A stretch of 64,000 nt of DNA from Acidobacteriota bacterium (GCA_965248695.1 CBDFKD010000002.1:704001-768000); one strand, 5' to 3'. Shown: positions 29,272 to 39,493, numbered from the stretch's first letter. A program made the numbers and translations. Notes: generated by a model not told the origin, from the sequence alone.

Positions 29272-29532
29272 TCACCGACCGGGGCCCAGAGGTGCGAGGG
29301 TTCGGAAGCTCTGGCAGTCATCCAGGTAGTAGGTGCCAGCGGGCTCACCCGCCTCGGGGATCACAGCGATCTGCTTGGCGCCGCGCACGCGAGCCCATTT
29401 CGACAGGTCGCCCGATTCGAAGTCGTCGGCGAGAATGGACTGATAGAAATCCTGCGCCCGCGTCCCGGGGACCAGCAGCAGAGAAAACCCCAGCAGCGGC
29501 GCGGCTACGTGCTTCAAACGATCGTTGATCAT
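29272..29532 (-). pseudogene. Short or truncated exported protein with ADDFESGD motif
   Basis: GAGGAG RBS, signal peptide, ILADDFESGDLSKW; only 86 aa. Confidence 0.45.
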
Positions 29533-29545
29533 GCTCCTCACCCTT

Positions 29546-30109
29546 CTAGTGGCCTGTAACAGATGATCGTTGCCTATCGCAGATGGGATTTGCGGGTGAG
29601 ATCAAGGCGCGGCGACGCTGACGATGTTAGCAGGCCGTGGTGAGAGTGTGATGGGTCTGGCAAGTGGGACTTACGGGCGAGGGCAAGGATCGACGACGAG
29701 GCGATGCTGGCGTCATCGTGCAGGAGGAGAGACGCTGCCATCGCCCGCAACTCCCGCTTGCCCGAAGGGTTGTGCCGCCAAGGGCGCATCTCCAGCGTTG
29801 CCGCTCCTAGATGATGCACGACGGCATCACCGGCGGCGCGGCACCTTGGATCTACGCCCTTGGCGGCACAACCAGACCCATCACACTCTCACCACGGCCT
29901 GCTGGGACATCATCGAGGAGGTGCAACGCCGAGATCGCCCGCAACTGCCCATCTGTCCACAGGCCCATCGAAAGAACAGTGGCGAACTGGGCCCGTCTGC
30001 CCCGTTGCTCCTCCTCGATAATGGGCAAACATTGTCTCGTCGGACCGCCTGGCATCCGGGCCCATTTCGCCACCACGATAGGCAACGATCATCTGTTACA
30101 GGCCACTAG
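29546..30109. mobile_element. MITE-like element with 30-bp terminal inverted repeats and CTAG flanks
   Basis: CTAG-TGGCCTGTAACAGATGATCGTTGCCTATCG ... CGATAGGCAACGATCATCTGTTACAGGCCA-CTAG; internal perfect 32-bp IR (29629-29660 / 29872-29903); no transposase. Confidence 0.8.
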
Positions 30110-30212
30110 ATCCAGACCGCCGCCAGGCGGCGCCTCAGAGTTTGTCGGTGCTGGTGACGCTCGTGTTTCGGCGGCAGCATATGGCGACCGCGGCCGTCAA
30201 CCGGAACGTGCC

Positions 30213-31655
30213 GTGAGCCCGATCGGCGTCGCCATCGTCCTGTTCGTTGCCGCCACCATGTGGGTCGGCATCCGCACCTGGGCCAAGATCAAGGGACGGG
30301 CGACCAACTACTACGTCGCCGGCAACGCCATGGGCGTGTCGGTGATCGGCGTCACGCTGTGTGCGCAGGCGTTCGACGCCAACGGTTCGATGGGCAACGC
30401 ATCGCTCGCCCACGCGGGTGGTTTCTGGGCGGGCGCGGCGATCCCCATCGGACTAGCGCTGTGCCTGTTCTTCACCGGCGCGGTGTTCGCCGAGCCTATC
30501 CATCGGATGCGCTTGCTGACACTGGCCGACTTCTACCGCCGTAGATACAGCCAGAGCACCGAGACGCTGGCGGCGCTCAACATGCTGGTCGGCAACATCG
30601 TCCTGGTGGCCGGCAACCTGGCCGGCCTCGGCCTGCTGCTGGATCTGGTTTTCGGCGTCGCTTACCTACCGATGCTGGTGGTGATCGCCCTCTGCATCCT
30701 TACCTACGCAGTTACGGGAGGCCTCTACGCCACCATCACCACCAGCGTGCTGCAGGTGGGGATGTTCATCGTCAGCACCGTCATCGGTTTCGCCTGGCTC
30801 GCTGGCACCTTCGGCTGGAGCACGCTGATGGCGAATGTGCCGGCGAGCTTCACCGATCTGTCGGGACTGATGAACCGCGAGCAGGGATCGCTGGTCACCT
30901 GGGCGTCGCTGGTGTCGCTCGCCCTCGGCGACGTCGTGGCGATCGACTTCATCCAACGCGTCATCTCGGCCGATTCGGCGCGGACGGCGAAACGCGGCTG
31001 CTACATCGCCGGGGCGATCACCCTCGTCATTGGCCTCATGGTGACCTTCATCGGGCTGGCGGCGTTCCACTTCGGCACCCCGGACAGCCGCTTCCTGCTG
31101 GTGGACGTGGCACTCAATGAGATGCCGGTGCTCATCGGCGGTCTGATCCTGCTGGGTGTGATCGCGGCAAGCATGTCGACCGCCGCCGGCGTCGTGCTCG
31201 ATCTCGCCAACGTGCTCACGCGCAACCTGATCCAGGGGCGCTCGTCGCACACCTGGGACGATGCGGAGCTGTTGCGGGTCTCCCGCTTGATTGCCCTTCC
31301 GACGATGGCGGCGTCGGCGGTGTTCGCTTACTTCCGTCCGGACCCGGGCGTTCTGCTCATTCTCGCGTTCGACATCGTGCTAGCCAGCTGCTTCGTACCT
31401 CTGGTGCTCGGGCTGTTCTGGCGAAGGTCGAATACCCCGGCCGCGGTGGTCGCCATCGTTGGCGGAGCCGCGGCGCGGCTGACGTTGCACTTCGCGGTGC
31501 CCGAAGCCTGGGCCGGAATGGAGACGCTCATTCCGCCGCTGGTCAGCTTGGCGCTGTTCGTCATCGTCGCCAACACGACGCAAGGCTCGGCGCCACCGAA
31601 GCACGATGCGCTGACCTACGTGCCGTCAGAGGAGGAGCTCGTCCGCGGCAGGTGA
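30213..31655 (+). CDS. Sodium:solute symporter family protein
   Basis: About 13 TM segments, NYYVAG, LLTLADFYRRRY, IQRVISA, AASMSTA; start placed downstream of the MITE. Confidence 0.9.
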   Translation: MSPIGVAIVLFVAATMWVGIRTWAKIKGRATNYYVAGNAMGVSVIGVTLCAQAFDANGSMGNASLAHAGGFWAGAAIPIGLALCLFFTGAVFAEPIHRMRLLTLADFYRRRYSQSTETLAALNMLVGNIVLVAGNLAGLGLLLDLVFGVAYLPMLVVIALCILTYAVTGGLYATITTSVLQVGMFIVSTVIGFAWLAGTFGWSTLMANVPASFTDLSGLMNREQGSLVTWASLVSLALGDVVAIDFIQRVISADSARTAKRGCYIAGAITLVIGLMVTFIGLAAFHFGTPDSRFLLVDVALNEMPVLIGGLILLGVIAASMSTAAGVVLDLANVLTRNLIQGRSSHTWDDAELLRVSRLIALPTMAASAVFAYFRPDPGVLLILAFDIVLASCFVPLVLGLFWRRSNTPAAVVAIVGGAAARLTLHFAVPEAWAGMETLIPPLVSLALFVIVANTTQGSAPPKHDALTYVPSEEELVRGR

Positions 31656-31670
31656 TCGAAATGATGCCGC

Positions 31671-32867
31671 TCAATCGCCGCCACGCGGCTCCAAGCGCAG
31701 GATCGGCGTCGCCGGCGGCTTGCCGTCGACCGGAAGGCCATCGATGGCCAAGTAGATATACCCGTCCAGCCCCTGGCGGATGTCGCGGATGCGACCCTTT
31801 CCGTGCAGCAGCGTTTCCTCGAGAACGACTCGCTGCCCGTCCAGGGCGAGGCGGGCGAGCTGCTCACCCTTCAGGCCGCCGACGAAGAGGCTCCCTCGCC
31901 AGGCGGGAAAGCGGTCGCCGTCGTAGATGAGCAGTCCGGACGTGGCGATCGATGGCACCCAGATATGCGCGGGTTGCTCCATGCGCTCCTGATGAGTTCC
32001 GGCGTGGATCGCCAGCCCGCTCCCGTAGTTGACCCCATACCCGATCAACGGCCAACCGTAGTTCCTCCCCGGAAGAATTCGGTTGAGCTCGTCGCCTCCC
32101 CGTGGCCCGTGCTCGTTGAGCCAGATGTCTCCGGTCTGCGGATGCACCGCAAGGCCCTGGGCATTGCGGTGTCCGTAGCTGAAGATCTCCGGTAGGGCAT
32201 CGTCGCGGCCTACGAACGGATTGTCGACCGGCACGCGGCCGTCGTCGTGCAGTCGCACCGTGGTGCCCTGATGGTTGGAGAGATCCTGCGCGGGATGGGC
32301 GTTCAGGTCGCCTCGCGGCGGGGTCTGGCGGTCTCCGACGGTGACGAACAGAAAGCCGTGGCGGTCGAACGCCAGCCGCGAGCCGTATGAACCGCTTCCT
32401 ATGGTTACCGCTTCAAAGATCTCTTCGACGGCCGTGAGACGGTGGTTCTCGAAACGACCACGCAGCACCGCGGTGGTCGCCTGCGTGCGGTCGGCGTTGG
32501 GCTTCGAGAAGCTGAGGTAGATGAGCCGGTTGGCAGCGAAGTCCGGATGCAGGGCCACATCCAGTAGCCCACCCTCCGTAGCCAGGCGCCTGCCTCGCGG
32601 CTCGACGAGGACATCGGGAACACCCGGCACCGGATCGGCCAGCAGCTTGCCGTGACGAACAACGCGAAGCCGCCCCGGTTGCTCGGTGACCAGCATGTCG
32701 CCGTCGGGAAGGAAGGCGATCGACCACGGGTGCTCCAGCCCTTCCACCACCGTGACCACCCGATAGTCGTGGTAGGCGGATCGGCGGGTGGGAGCCTGAC
32801 CGGCGGACGGGCTCGTGGCGAACGCCAGAAATCCAGCGGCGACCAGTGCGATGCGGGCACGAGCCAT
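31671..32867 (-). CDS. PQQ-dependent sugar (glucose/sorbosone) dehydrogenase
   Basis: GLEHPWSIAFLPDG, GGLLDVALHPDF, SYGHRNAQG, EHGPRGGDELN, GRIRDIRQG; own signal peptide from ATG 32867. Confidence 0.9.
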   Translation of the reverse strand: MARARIALVAAGFLAFATSPSAGQAPTRRSAYHDYRVVTVVEGLEHPWSIAFLPDGDMLVTEQPGRLRVVRHGKLLADPVPGVPDVLVEPRGRRLATEGGLLDVALHPDFAANRLIYLSFSKPNADRTQATTAVLRGRFENHRLTAVEEIFEAVTIGSGSYGSRLAFDRHGFLFVTVGDRQTPPRGDLNAHPAQDLSNHQGTTVRLHDDGRVPVDNPFVGRDDALPEIFSYGHRNAQGLAVHPQTGDIWLNEHGPRGGDELNRILPGRNYGWPLIGYGVNYGSGLAIHAGTHQERMEQPAHIWVPSIATSGLLIYDGDRFPAWRGSLFVGGLKGEQLARLALDGQRVVLEETLLHGKGRIRDIRQGLDGYIYLAIDGLPVDGKPPATPILRLEPRGGD

Positions 32868-33383
32868 GTCGGTCCCCGCGGACCTCACTCCGCAGATCCC
32901 GCCAGGGCCAGGGCGACGAGATCCCCACTTCTCGAACTCCGGGCTGAGCATCTTGACGAAATGCGTCACCGCCCAGAGCTCAGCCATCGTCAGGATCCGT
33001 CTCCACGGCGGCATGGAGGTGCCGTGCAGCCCTATCGTGATGGTGCGGAAGAGATCCTCGTCGGTCGGCAAGTCGCCGCCCGGCGTCGTCTTGAAACGGA
33101 AGATGCCGGAGGCCAGATCACGTGCCGGCGGCGACAGCAGCGACGCGCAAGGTCCATCGGCCCGCCCAGAATCGCCGTGGCAGGAGGCGCAGTGGTCGAC
33201 GAACAGGGAGGAGCCCAGGGCGAGTGACTCGGGTGTTGCTACCGGCGCCGGAGGGACGTCGAACGCGCTCCACGATACGGCAGCGAGCGTCTCCGCGGGG
33301 GCGGGCTCGCTGGAATCCGTGGCGCAGCCCGCGGCGAGCAGCAGGCTCCCGATTAGTAGTGCGTTCACGGCGGAGCGTGTCAT
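32868..33383 (-). CDS. Monoheme cytochrome c lipoprotein domain, in frame with the downstream dehydrogenase
   Basis: Lipobox LAAGC, CASCH heme motif, FRFKTTPGGDLPTDEDL, GTSMP axial Met; no stop before the dehydrogenase ATG. Confidence 0.75.
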
Positions 33384-33541
33384 TTGGCGGCAGTATAGGG
33401 GCTCGTGTACGCTCCACCGCACCGTTGGCCGGATCCGCGGTACGAACTCTTCCACGGCGTGGGTCGCACGCGGAGGCGCGCGGGTCGCCCGACCGCCCAA
33501 TCGTCGGACAGATGAGCCTCGACGAAGCTGGTGAGCTTCCG

Positions 33542-35170
33542 ATGAGATACACGGAGTCGACCGTGCATGCTCTTCTGCCCCTGCTGCTGGCGGTGGCGGT
33601 CATCGCTTGCAACTCGGAACGGACTGCGGCCCCGATTGTGGAGCCGGGCCCGCCGCGCCCTGGCCACGGGCGCAAGGTGGAAGGTGTGCATCCGGGGTTG
33701 GAGATCGCCGCGGTCCGGCCGCCGGGCATGGCGCTCGGAGTGGGCGGTCTGAGCGTGCTGCCGGACGGTCGTCTGGTGGTCGCTACATTCGATGCCCAGA
33801 AAGTGCTGCCGCTGGACCCGGCGACGGAGGTCAACGGCGAGCTCTGGCTGGTCGATAACGTCGCTGCTGATGACCTGGCGGGGGTGACCGCGTTCCAGAT
33901 CGCTGACGATCTCCAGGAACCGCTAGGTGTCACGACCGTCGGTACGGACATCTATGTATCGCATCGCGACGAGGTCACGCGGTTCGCCTACGACGAGGCC
34001 ACCGGAGCCTGGAATCGCACCGCGGTCGCGGGTGGCTGGGAGTCCCGCGACTGGCACTCGTTCGCCTTCGGCCTGATCCACGAACCAGGTGAAGCCGGCC
34101 ATCCGGGCTACCTGTACATGTCGCGATCGACTGGCCTGGGGCGCTTCAGCAATCCGCCCGATCATGGCTCGGTGTGGAAGATCGACCTGGCGCGGCCCTT
34201 CGGCGATAACGTCGAGGCGCTCATCGGTGGGCTGCGAACGCCCAATGGCCTCGCTTTTGGCCCCGAGGGCGAGGTGTTCGTCACCGACAACCAGGGCGAA
34301 TGGACCCCCGCCAATGAGCTCAACCACGTGCAGAAGGGCCACTTCTATGGCTTCGAGCATGACATCGAAGGGCCGAACGACCATCCGACGCCCTATCAGG
34401 ACCCGGCCGACCGGCTGAGCCCGGGGCAAGGGGCGACGCTGCCCGCTATCCAGCTACCGCAGGACGAGATCGCCAACTCGCCCACGCAGCCGATCCTGAT
34501 TCCCGACGGCCATCCCTACGCCGGCCAGCTCCTGATGGGCGACATGCGCTACGGCGGAATCCAGCGGCTCCAGTTGGAGAAGGTCAACGGCGTGTGGCAG
34601 GGCGCTGCGTTCCGTTACTCGATGGGCCTGGAGGCCGGGGTGAACCGGCTCGCCTGGGGGCCGGATGGCGCCCTGTACGCTGGCGGCATCGGTGGCGATC
34701 ATGCCGGCAGCTGGGCGTGGGTCAACGACGAGGGCGAACGGACGTTCGCCGGCCTGCAGCGGTTGCGATCGACCGGTGTCGTCGCCTTCGAGTTGAAGGC
34801 GATTCGTGTCACCCCCGATGGCTTCGAGATTCAGTTCACCCAGCCGGTCCCGCTGGCCTACCTCGCCCAACCGGGCAACTACCATCTGCGGCAGTGGGGC
34901 TACCGCAGGACGCCTGCGTACGGTGGCGTCAAGCTGGGCCAGAAGGATCTTCCGGTAGTGGAGGCGATCCCGTCGGCCGATCGGATGTCGGTACGCCTCA
35001 CCGTGCCGGATCGCGAGACCGGACGCGTGGTCTACGTCATGACCGACCCGGTAAACGATGCCGGCGAGCATATGTGGACCACCGAGAGCTGGTACACGCT
35101 GCACGAGATTCCCGCAGCAGCGACGTCGGCAGGCGGAGGGTCGGGAGCTGGAGCATCCGGCGATGAGTAG
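33542..35170 (+). CDS. Secreted glucose/sorbosone dehydrogenase-like beta-propeller lipoprotein
   Basis: Lipobox VIAC; GLRTPNG, TDNQGEW, GLEAGVNRLAWGPDG motifs. Confidence 0.75.
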   Translation: MRYTESTVHALLPLLLAVAVIACNSERTAAPIVEPGPPRPGHGRKVEGVHPGLEIAAVRPPGMALGVGGLSVLPDGRLVVATFDAQKVLPLDPATEVNGELWLVDNVAADDLAGVTAFQIADDLQEPLGVTTVGTDIYVSHRDEVTRFAYDEATGAWNRTAVAGGWESRDWHSFAFGLIHEPGEAGHPGYLYMSRSTGLGRFSNPPDHGSVWKIDLARPFGDNVEALIGGLRTPNGLAFGPEGEVFVTDNQGEWTPANELNHVQKGHFYGFEHDIEGPNDHPTPYQDPADRLSPGQGATLPAIQLPQDEIANSPTQPILIPDGHPYAGQLLMGDMRYGGIQRLQLEKVNGVWQGAAFRYSMGLEAGVNRLAWGPDGALYAGGIGGDHAGSWAWVNDEGERTFAGLQRLRSTGVVAFELKAIRVTPDGFEIQFTQPVPLAYLAQPGNYHLRQWGYRRTPAYGGVKLGQKDLPVVEAIPSADRMSVRLTVPDRETGRVVYVMTDPVNDAGEHMWTTESWYTLHEIPAAATSAGGGSGAGASGDE

Positions 35171-35967
35171 GCTCGGTTTGGTCGGTGCGATAGTGATGCT
35201 GCCCCCTCGCCGTGGCCTGTGGGCTCGGGCCCTCCGACGACGAACCCGGCACGGCGGAGCGGCGTCAGCCGGCGGGCGTGGCGCCTGACCTGAGTGAGGC
35301 GGGGAGGATCGTCGGCCGCGTGCTGTTCAACGGCACGGTCGACCAGCAGCGCGTCGTGATCGACATGGACGCCGACCCCGCCTGTGCCCGCATGCAACGT
35401 TGGGAACAGCACGCCGCGCCGCGGGTCCAGCTCAACGCCGACGGCACGTTGCGCGATGTGCTGGTGTACGTCAGCGACGGTCTCGACGGGCTCGTGTTTC
35501 CCGATCCAGTACCCGAAGATGCAGAGTTTGGCTTCAACGTTCCCGGCGTACTCGAACACGTCGACTGCATCTTCCGCCCAGCGGTACTGTCGCTGCGGAC
35601 CGGACAGACGCTCACCATCCGTAACAGCGACGATACGTTGCACACCGTCAGCGCTCGCCCGACGCACGGCGCTGTACTGGACGCGAGCCAGCCGAGACCG
35701 GGCTCAGAGCATCAGCACACGTTCGATCAAGCGGAGGTCGGGATCGCGGTCCGTTGCGACGTGCATCCTTGGATGACCGCCACCATCCACGTCTTCGACC
35801 ACCCGTACCATTCCGTCGCCGACGAGGACTTCGGCATCGACCTCGGTCTGCTGCCTCCGGGCCGCTACGGGGTAGCCGCGAGGCACGAGATCCTCGGGTC
35901 CCTGATGCAAGACGTTGTCGTCGGTCCGAATCAAACCGTGGAGATTGTGTTTACTTTCGAACCGTAG
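35163..35967 (+). pseudogene. Cupredoxin-like/carboxypeptidase-regulatory-domain lipoprotein with a frameshift in the signal peptide
   Basis: NSDDTLHTV and CDVHPWM motifs; removing one C from the C5 run at 35202-35206 gives MSRLGLVGAIVMLPLAVAC. Confidence 0.7.
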
Positions 35968-35979
35968 CTGCTCATGGCC

Positions 35980-36100
35980 ACCAGAGCGAGGCGAAGCTGT
36001 TTGCGCTGGGAATCGTCTCGACCGGCCTGTACGAGCGCGATCTGGCAGTGACCGCAGACGGCGACGAAATCTACTGGACCGTCGTGCTCGGGCCGCGGAT
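35980..36100 (+). pseudogene. Remnant of a PD40/TolB-like repeat protein
   Basis: Translates as AKLFALGIVSTGLYERDLAVTADGDEIYWTV with no proper start or continuation. Confidence 0.45.
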
Positions 36101-36212
36101 CGGTGAGTCACTTTGGGCGAACGGATTGACCACGCCTACACCTGCGAACTCGAGGTCCCGCTCGGCGAACCGGTCGACCAGGCCATGGGTTGCCGGCGGT
36201 AGTTTCGTCAAG

Positions 36213-36230
36213 CTATGACGTTTCTATGAC
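36213..36230 (+). promoter_or_regulatory. OmpR/PhoB-type direct-repeat box upstream of the heme operon
   Basis: CTATGAC-gttt-CTATGAC (11-bp period), about 60 bp upstream of the first operon codon. Confidence 0.45.
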
Positions 36231-36290
36231 AAGTCGCCTGATCAACGGGGCCAATACTCGTTCTCAACGCAATTCTTGGAGGCGTTCCCC

Positions 36291-36404
36291 TTGAGTCCTG
36301 CCCGCATGGTTCTGGTCAATCTCGGCACTCCTGAGCAGCCCACAGCCGGGGCCGTTCACGAGGTCTTGGCCGAATTCCTCTCCGACCCGCAGGTGGTGGA
36401 TTGA
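36291..36404 (+). pseudogene. hemH: Ferrochelatase N-terminal remnant (37 aa)
   Basis: GGAGG RBS then LSPARMVLVNLGTPEQPTAGAVHEVLAEFLSDPQVVD-stop, matching the HemH N-terminal NLGTP...EFLSDPxVV signature. Confidence 0.8.
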
Positions 36405-36477
36405 GTCCCCAGTTGAGCGGCTCGACAGTTTCCGAGCGCGGCCTGGCTGTGGCCGCCGACACGCTCGAGTCCGGGCC

Positions 36478-37845
36478 ATGAATCGAATCGGGATCGTGGG
36501 TATCGACTGGCGCAAGCGCGGCCCCGAGAGAATAGCCCAGTACACCATACCGACCGATGAGCGCGCCTCCCGGCTGCTCGAGCTGCAGGAACGGATCGGG
36601 ACTCGCGAGCTCGTCTACCTGGCAACCTGCAATCGTGTCGAGCTGGTCTTCGTGACTCCGCAGGCGGAGACTGTGGCGCTGTTTCGGTCGCGCATCTTCA
36701 GCGCGCTTCGTGGCCGTCCACCGCGGCCACGCGAGGCCGAAGTGGAGCTGGCGGCCTGGGGTGGCGAGGGCGCTGCGGAGCATCTGTTTCTGCTCGCTTC
36801 GGGACTCGAGTCTGCGATGCTCGGCGAGCGCGAGATCGTTGGGCAGATGCGAACCGCCCTGGAGCTGGCTCGGAGTGTCGGCACCAGCGGACGAATCCTG
36901 GAATGGGTGTTCGACGAGGCCTTCAAGGTCGGCAAGCGCGTCCACCGGATCACCTCGATCGGCGAGGGCAAGGTGTCGATTGGCGAGCTCGCCCTCGCCC
37001 ACGTCCGCGACCGACTCGGCCGTGCGCCCGGTGCTGTGGCGCTAGTTGGCGTCTCGCCGATGACGCTGCACTGTGCCCGGGCTCTCGTCGAGGAGCAGGT
37101 GCCGACGCTCGTATTCAACCGTAGCCCGAACAAGGCCCGCGAGATGGCCGACGAGTTGGGTATCGAAGGGCATGGCCTCGACAGGCTCCGGCGTGGCCTC
37201 GATATCGAGCTCGCTGCCGTGGTGCTGGCCACCGCGGCACCCGAGCCGGTCCTCCGGCGCTCGGCTTTGGAGCGTCTCGCGGCCGGCGGTCGCGGCCACT
37301 CACCGCTAATCGTCGATTTGGCCACACCCGCCGACGTCGATCCCGAGGAAGCCCGGCTGGTCGGCCTCGAGCGGATCGGCATGGAGCAGATTCTCGAGGA
37401 GGCCGCGATCCACCGTCGCGGTCGGACTCAAGCCGCGGAGGGGGCGCGCGATCTTGTCGACCACGCGCTGGTGGACCTGGACGCCAAGTTGGTCGATCGG
37501 GTGCTGGCACCGATGTTGGCTGCGCTCCAACGGCGCTACCGGACGACCGCGGAGCGCGGCGTGGATCGCCTCTTGCGCAAGGAGCTCGGCGACGTCGACG
37601 AGGCCGCGGAGCGCGCCATCCGGCGCTGGGCGGAAGTGCTGGCCCATCGCTTCGCCCACATTCCCTCGACCGGTCTCCGCACGGTCGCCAAGAAACACGG
37701 CTTCGAGGTCCTGGAGAGCTTCTTCGCGGGTGCTGACGATGCCCTCGCCGGCGAGCTGGCGCGGATACGCTCCGCGCAGGATCGTCCCCTTCCGGGTGGC
37801 CTGGACGCCGAGCCGAGCAGATCGTTGCCAGAGGTATTGGGATGA
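36478..37845 (+). CDS. hemA: Glutamyl-tRNA reductase
   Basis: LATCNRVE catalytic Cys, ASGLESAMLGEREIVGQ, VDLATPADVDP. Confidence 0.9.
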   Translation: MNRIGIVGIDWRKRGPERIAQYTIPTDERASRLLELQERIGTRELVYLATCNRVELVFVTPQAETVALFRSRIFSALRGRPPRPREAEVELAAWGGEGAAEHLFLLASGLESAMLGEREIVGQMRTALELARSVGTSGRILEWVFDEAFKVGKRVHRITSIGEGKVSIGELALAHVRDRLGRAPGAVALVGVSPMTLHCARALVEEQVPTLVFNRSPNKAREMADELGIEGHGLDRLRRGLDIELAAVVLATAAPEPVLRRSALERLAAGGRGHSPLIVDLATPADVDPEEARLVGLERIGMEQILEEAAIHRRGRTQAAEGARDLVDHALVDLDAKLVDRVLAPMLAALQRRYRTTAERGVDRLLRKELGDVDEAAERAIRRWAEVLAHRFAHIPSTGLRTVAKKHGFEVLESFFAGADDALAGELARIRSAQDRPLPGGLDAEPSRSLPEVLG

Positions 37846-38765
37846 GGATCCGCATCGGCACCCGGGGCTCTCGACTGGCGCTGGTGCAAGCGCGCTCGAT
37901 CGCGGCGCGTCTGCGAGCGCACGGCCACGAAACGATCGAGGTGATCGTTCAGACGCTTGGCGACCGCGACCAGACGTCAGCCTTCCCCGAGTTCGGCAGC
38001 CCCGGTGTTTTCGTCCGTGAGATCGAGCGAGCGCTCGTTGCCGAGACGATCGACCTCGCGGTACACAGTTACAAGGACCTGCCGTCCACAGGGCCCGACG
38101 ATCTCGTCATCGCCGCCGTGCCGGAGCGGCTCGACGCGGCCGACCAACTGCTCATTCGCACCGATGTGCTGGAGCTCGACCGGGGTCGACTCGCTGTGGG
38201 CGCCCACGCCCGGATCGGCACCAGCTCGGCCCGGCGTGCGGCCCTACTACGTGGGGCACGCGAGGATTTGAGCATCTTGCCTTTGCGAGGCAACGTCGAC
38301 ACCCGGATCCGCAAGCTGCGGACGGGCGAGTATGACGCCATCGTGCTGGCCGGCGCCGGCCTCACTCGCCTCGAGGCTGCGGGCATTAGCGAGCTCGGCC
38401 AAAACGACGACGTGCACGTGCAGCGGCTCGATCCCGAGTGGTTCGTACCCGCACCCACGCAAGGCGCCCTTGCACTGCAGATCCGACGCGACGATGCCGC
38501 GCTCGCAAAGGCGCTGTCGGTTCTGCACGACGAGGCTGTGGCACGGCCGCTCGTGGCCGAGCGATTGCTCCTGGCGCGCGTCGAGGGCTCCTGTCAGCTT
38601 CCGTTCGGTGCCTGGTGCACGACCAACGCATCCGGCTTCCGGCTAGTCTTCGCCCTCGGCGATGGTGAGCGTCTGCTGGTCGACCGAGTCGACGGCGACG
38701 ATGCTACGGCACTGGCGGAGCGCGCCTGGCAACGGCTCACAGAGAGCGAGCTACGGGTGCAATGA
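37842..38765 (+). CDS. hemC: Hydroxymethylbilane synthase
   Basis: IGTRGSRLALVQ, AVHSYKDLP, GTSSARR, LRGNVDTR, EGSCQLP. Confidence 0.95.
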   Translation: MRIRIGTRGSRLALVQARSIAARLRAHGHETIEVIVQTLGDRDQTSAFPEFGSPGVFVREIERALVAETIDLAVHSYKDLPSTGPDDLVIAAVPERLDAADQLLIRTDVLELDRGRLAVGAHARIGTSSARRAALLRGAREDLSILPLRGNVDTRIRKLRTGEYDAIVLAGAGLTRLEAAGISELGQNDDVHVQRLDPEWFVPAPTQGALALQIRRDDAALAKALSVLHDEAVARPLVAERLLLARVEGSCQLPFGAWCTTNASGFRLVFALGDGERLLVDRVDGDDATALAERAWQRLTESELRVQ

Positions 38766-39493
38766 GATCGCTGGACGGATTGAGAATCTTGCTGACGCGA
38801 AGCCAGTGCGGCTGCCGCGAATGGGCGGGGAGAATCGAGGCCCGTGGTGGCGCGCCGGTGTCGTTTCCCTGCATCCAAACGGTTTTGCTCGATCCAGCAG
38901 GCGGCCTTGCCGGGCGCTTGAGCGCCGCCATTGCCAAGGCCCACTGGCTGGCGCTTACCTCCGCCCGTGGGGTCCAGGCCGTCGATCGGCTGGTTGCCGC
39001 ACCGCTGCCGTCTCGACTGGCAATCGCAGCCGTCGGTCCAAGCACGGCCGCGGCTGCGCGCGCGCACCTGGGCCGGGTCGATCTCGTTTCGGCGGCAGGC
39101 ACCGCCGCGGCGCTGGGCATCGACCTGGCCGAGCGGCTGGATCTCGAGCAGCATCGGGCGCCGCGGGTGGTGGTAGCTGCAGCGGTGGGCGGACGTCGCG
39201 ACGTGGAACAGGTGCTCGAGCCCAGAGGCGTGGCCGTCACACGGGTCGATGTTTACCGCACCGAGCCGGCGCCGGCGCTCGAGCCACGCCAGTCGCTCGA
39301 CTCGGTCGACGTCGTCTTGCTGGCAAGCCCTTCCGCGGTGGACGGCCTGCGGGCCCGCGCCGACCTGAGCTCTCGGATCCCCATCGTGTCCATCGGCCCA
39401 TCGACCACCGCCGCAGCTCGCGCGGTGGGCATGCGCGTCGCCGCCGAGGCGGAGCAACGCAGCCTCGAGGCAATGCTGGAGGCAATACCTTGA
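38762..39493 (+). CDS. hemD: Uroporphyrinogen-III synthase
   Basis: ILLTR, LTSARGV, AVGPST, VYRT, ASPSAV, SIGPST; position after hemC. Confidence 0.9.
   Translation: MRSLDGLRILLTRSQCGCREWAGRIEARGGAPVSFPCIQTVLLDPAGGLAGRLSAAIAKAHWLALTSARGVQAVDRLVAAPLPSRLAIAAVGPSTAAAARAHLGRVDLVSAAGTAAALGIDLAERLDLEQHRAPRVVVAAAVGGRRDVEQVLEPRGVAVTRVDVYRTEPAPALEPRQSLDSVDVVLLASPSAVDGLRARADLSSRIPIVSIGPSTTAAARAVGMRVAAEAEQRSLEAMLEAIP

Noticed and set aside
29811-30212. N-terminal extension of the sodium:solute symporter
   Set aside because: Runs through the MITE-like element; not protein-like.
38662-39489. Apparent long N-terminal extension or fusion on HemB
   Set aside because: Shadow frame over hemD; HemB starts at TTG 39490.
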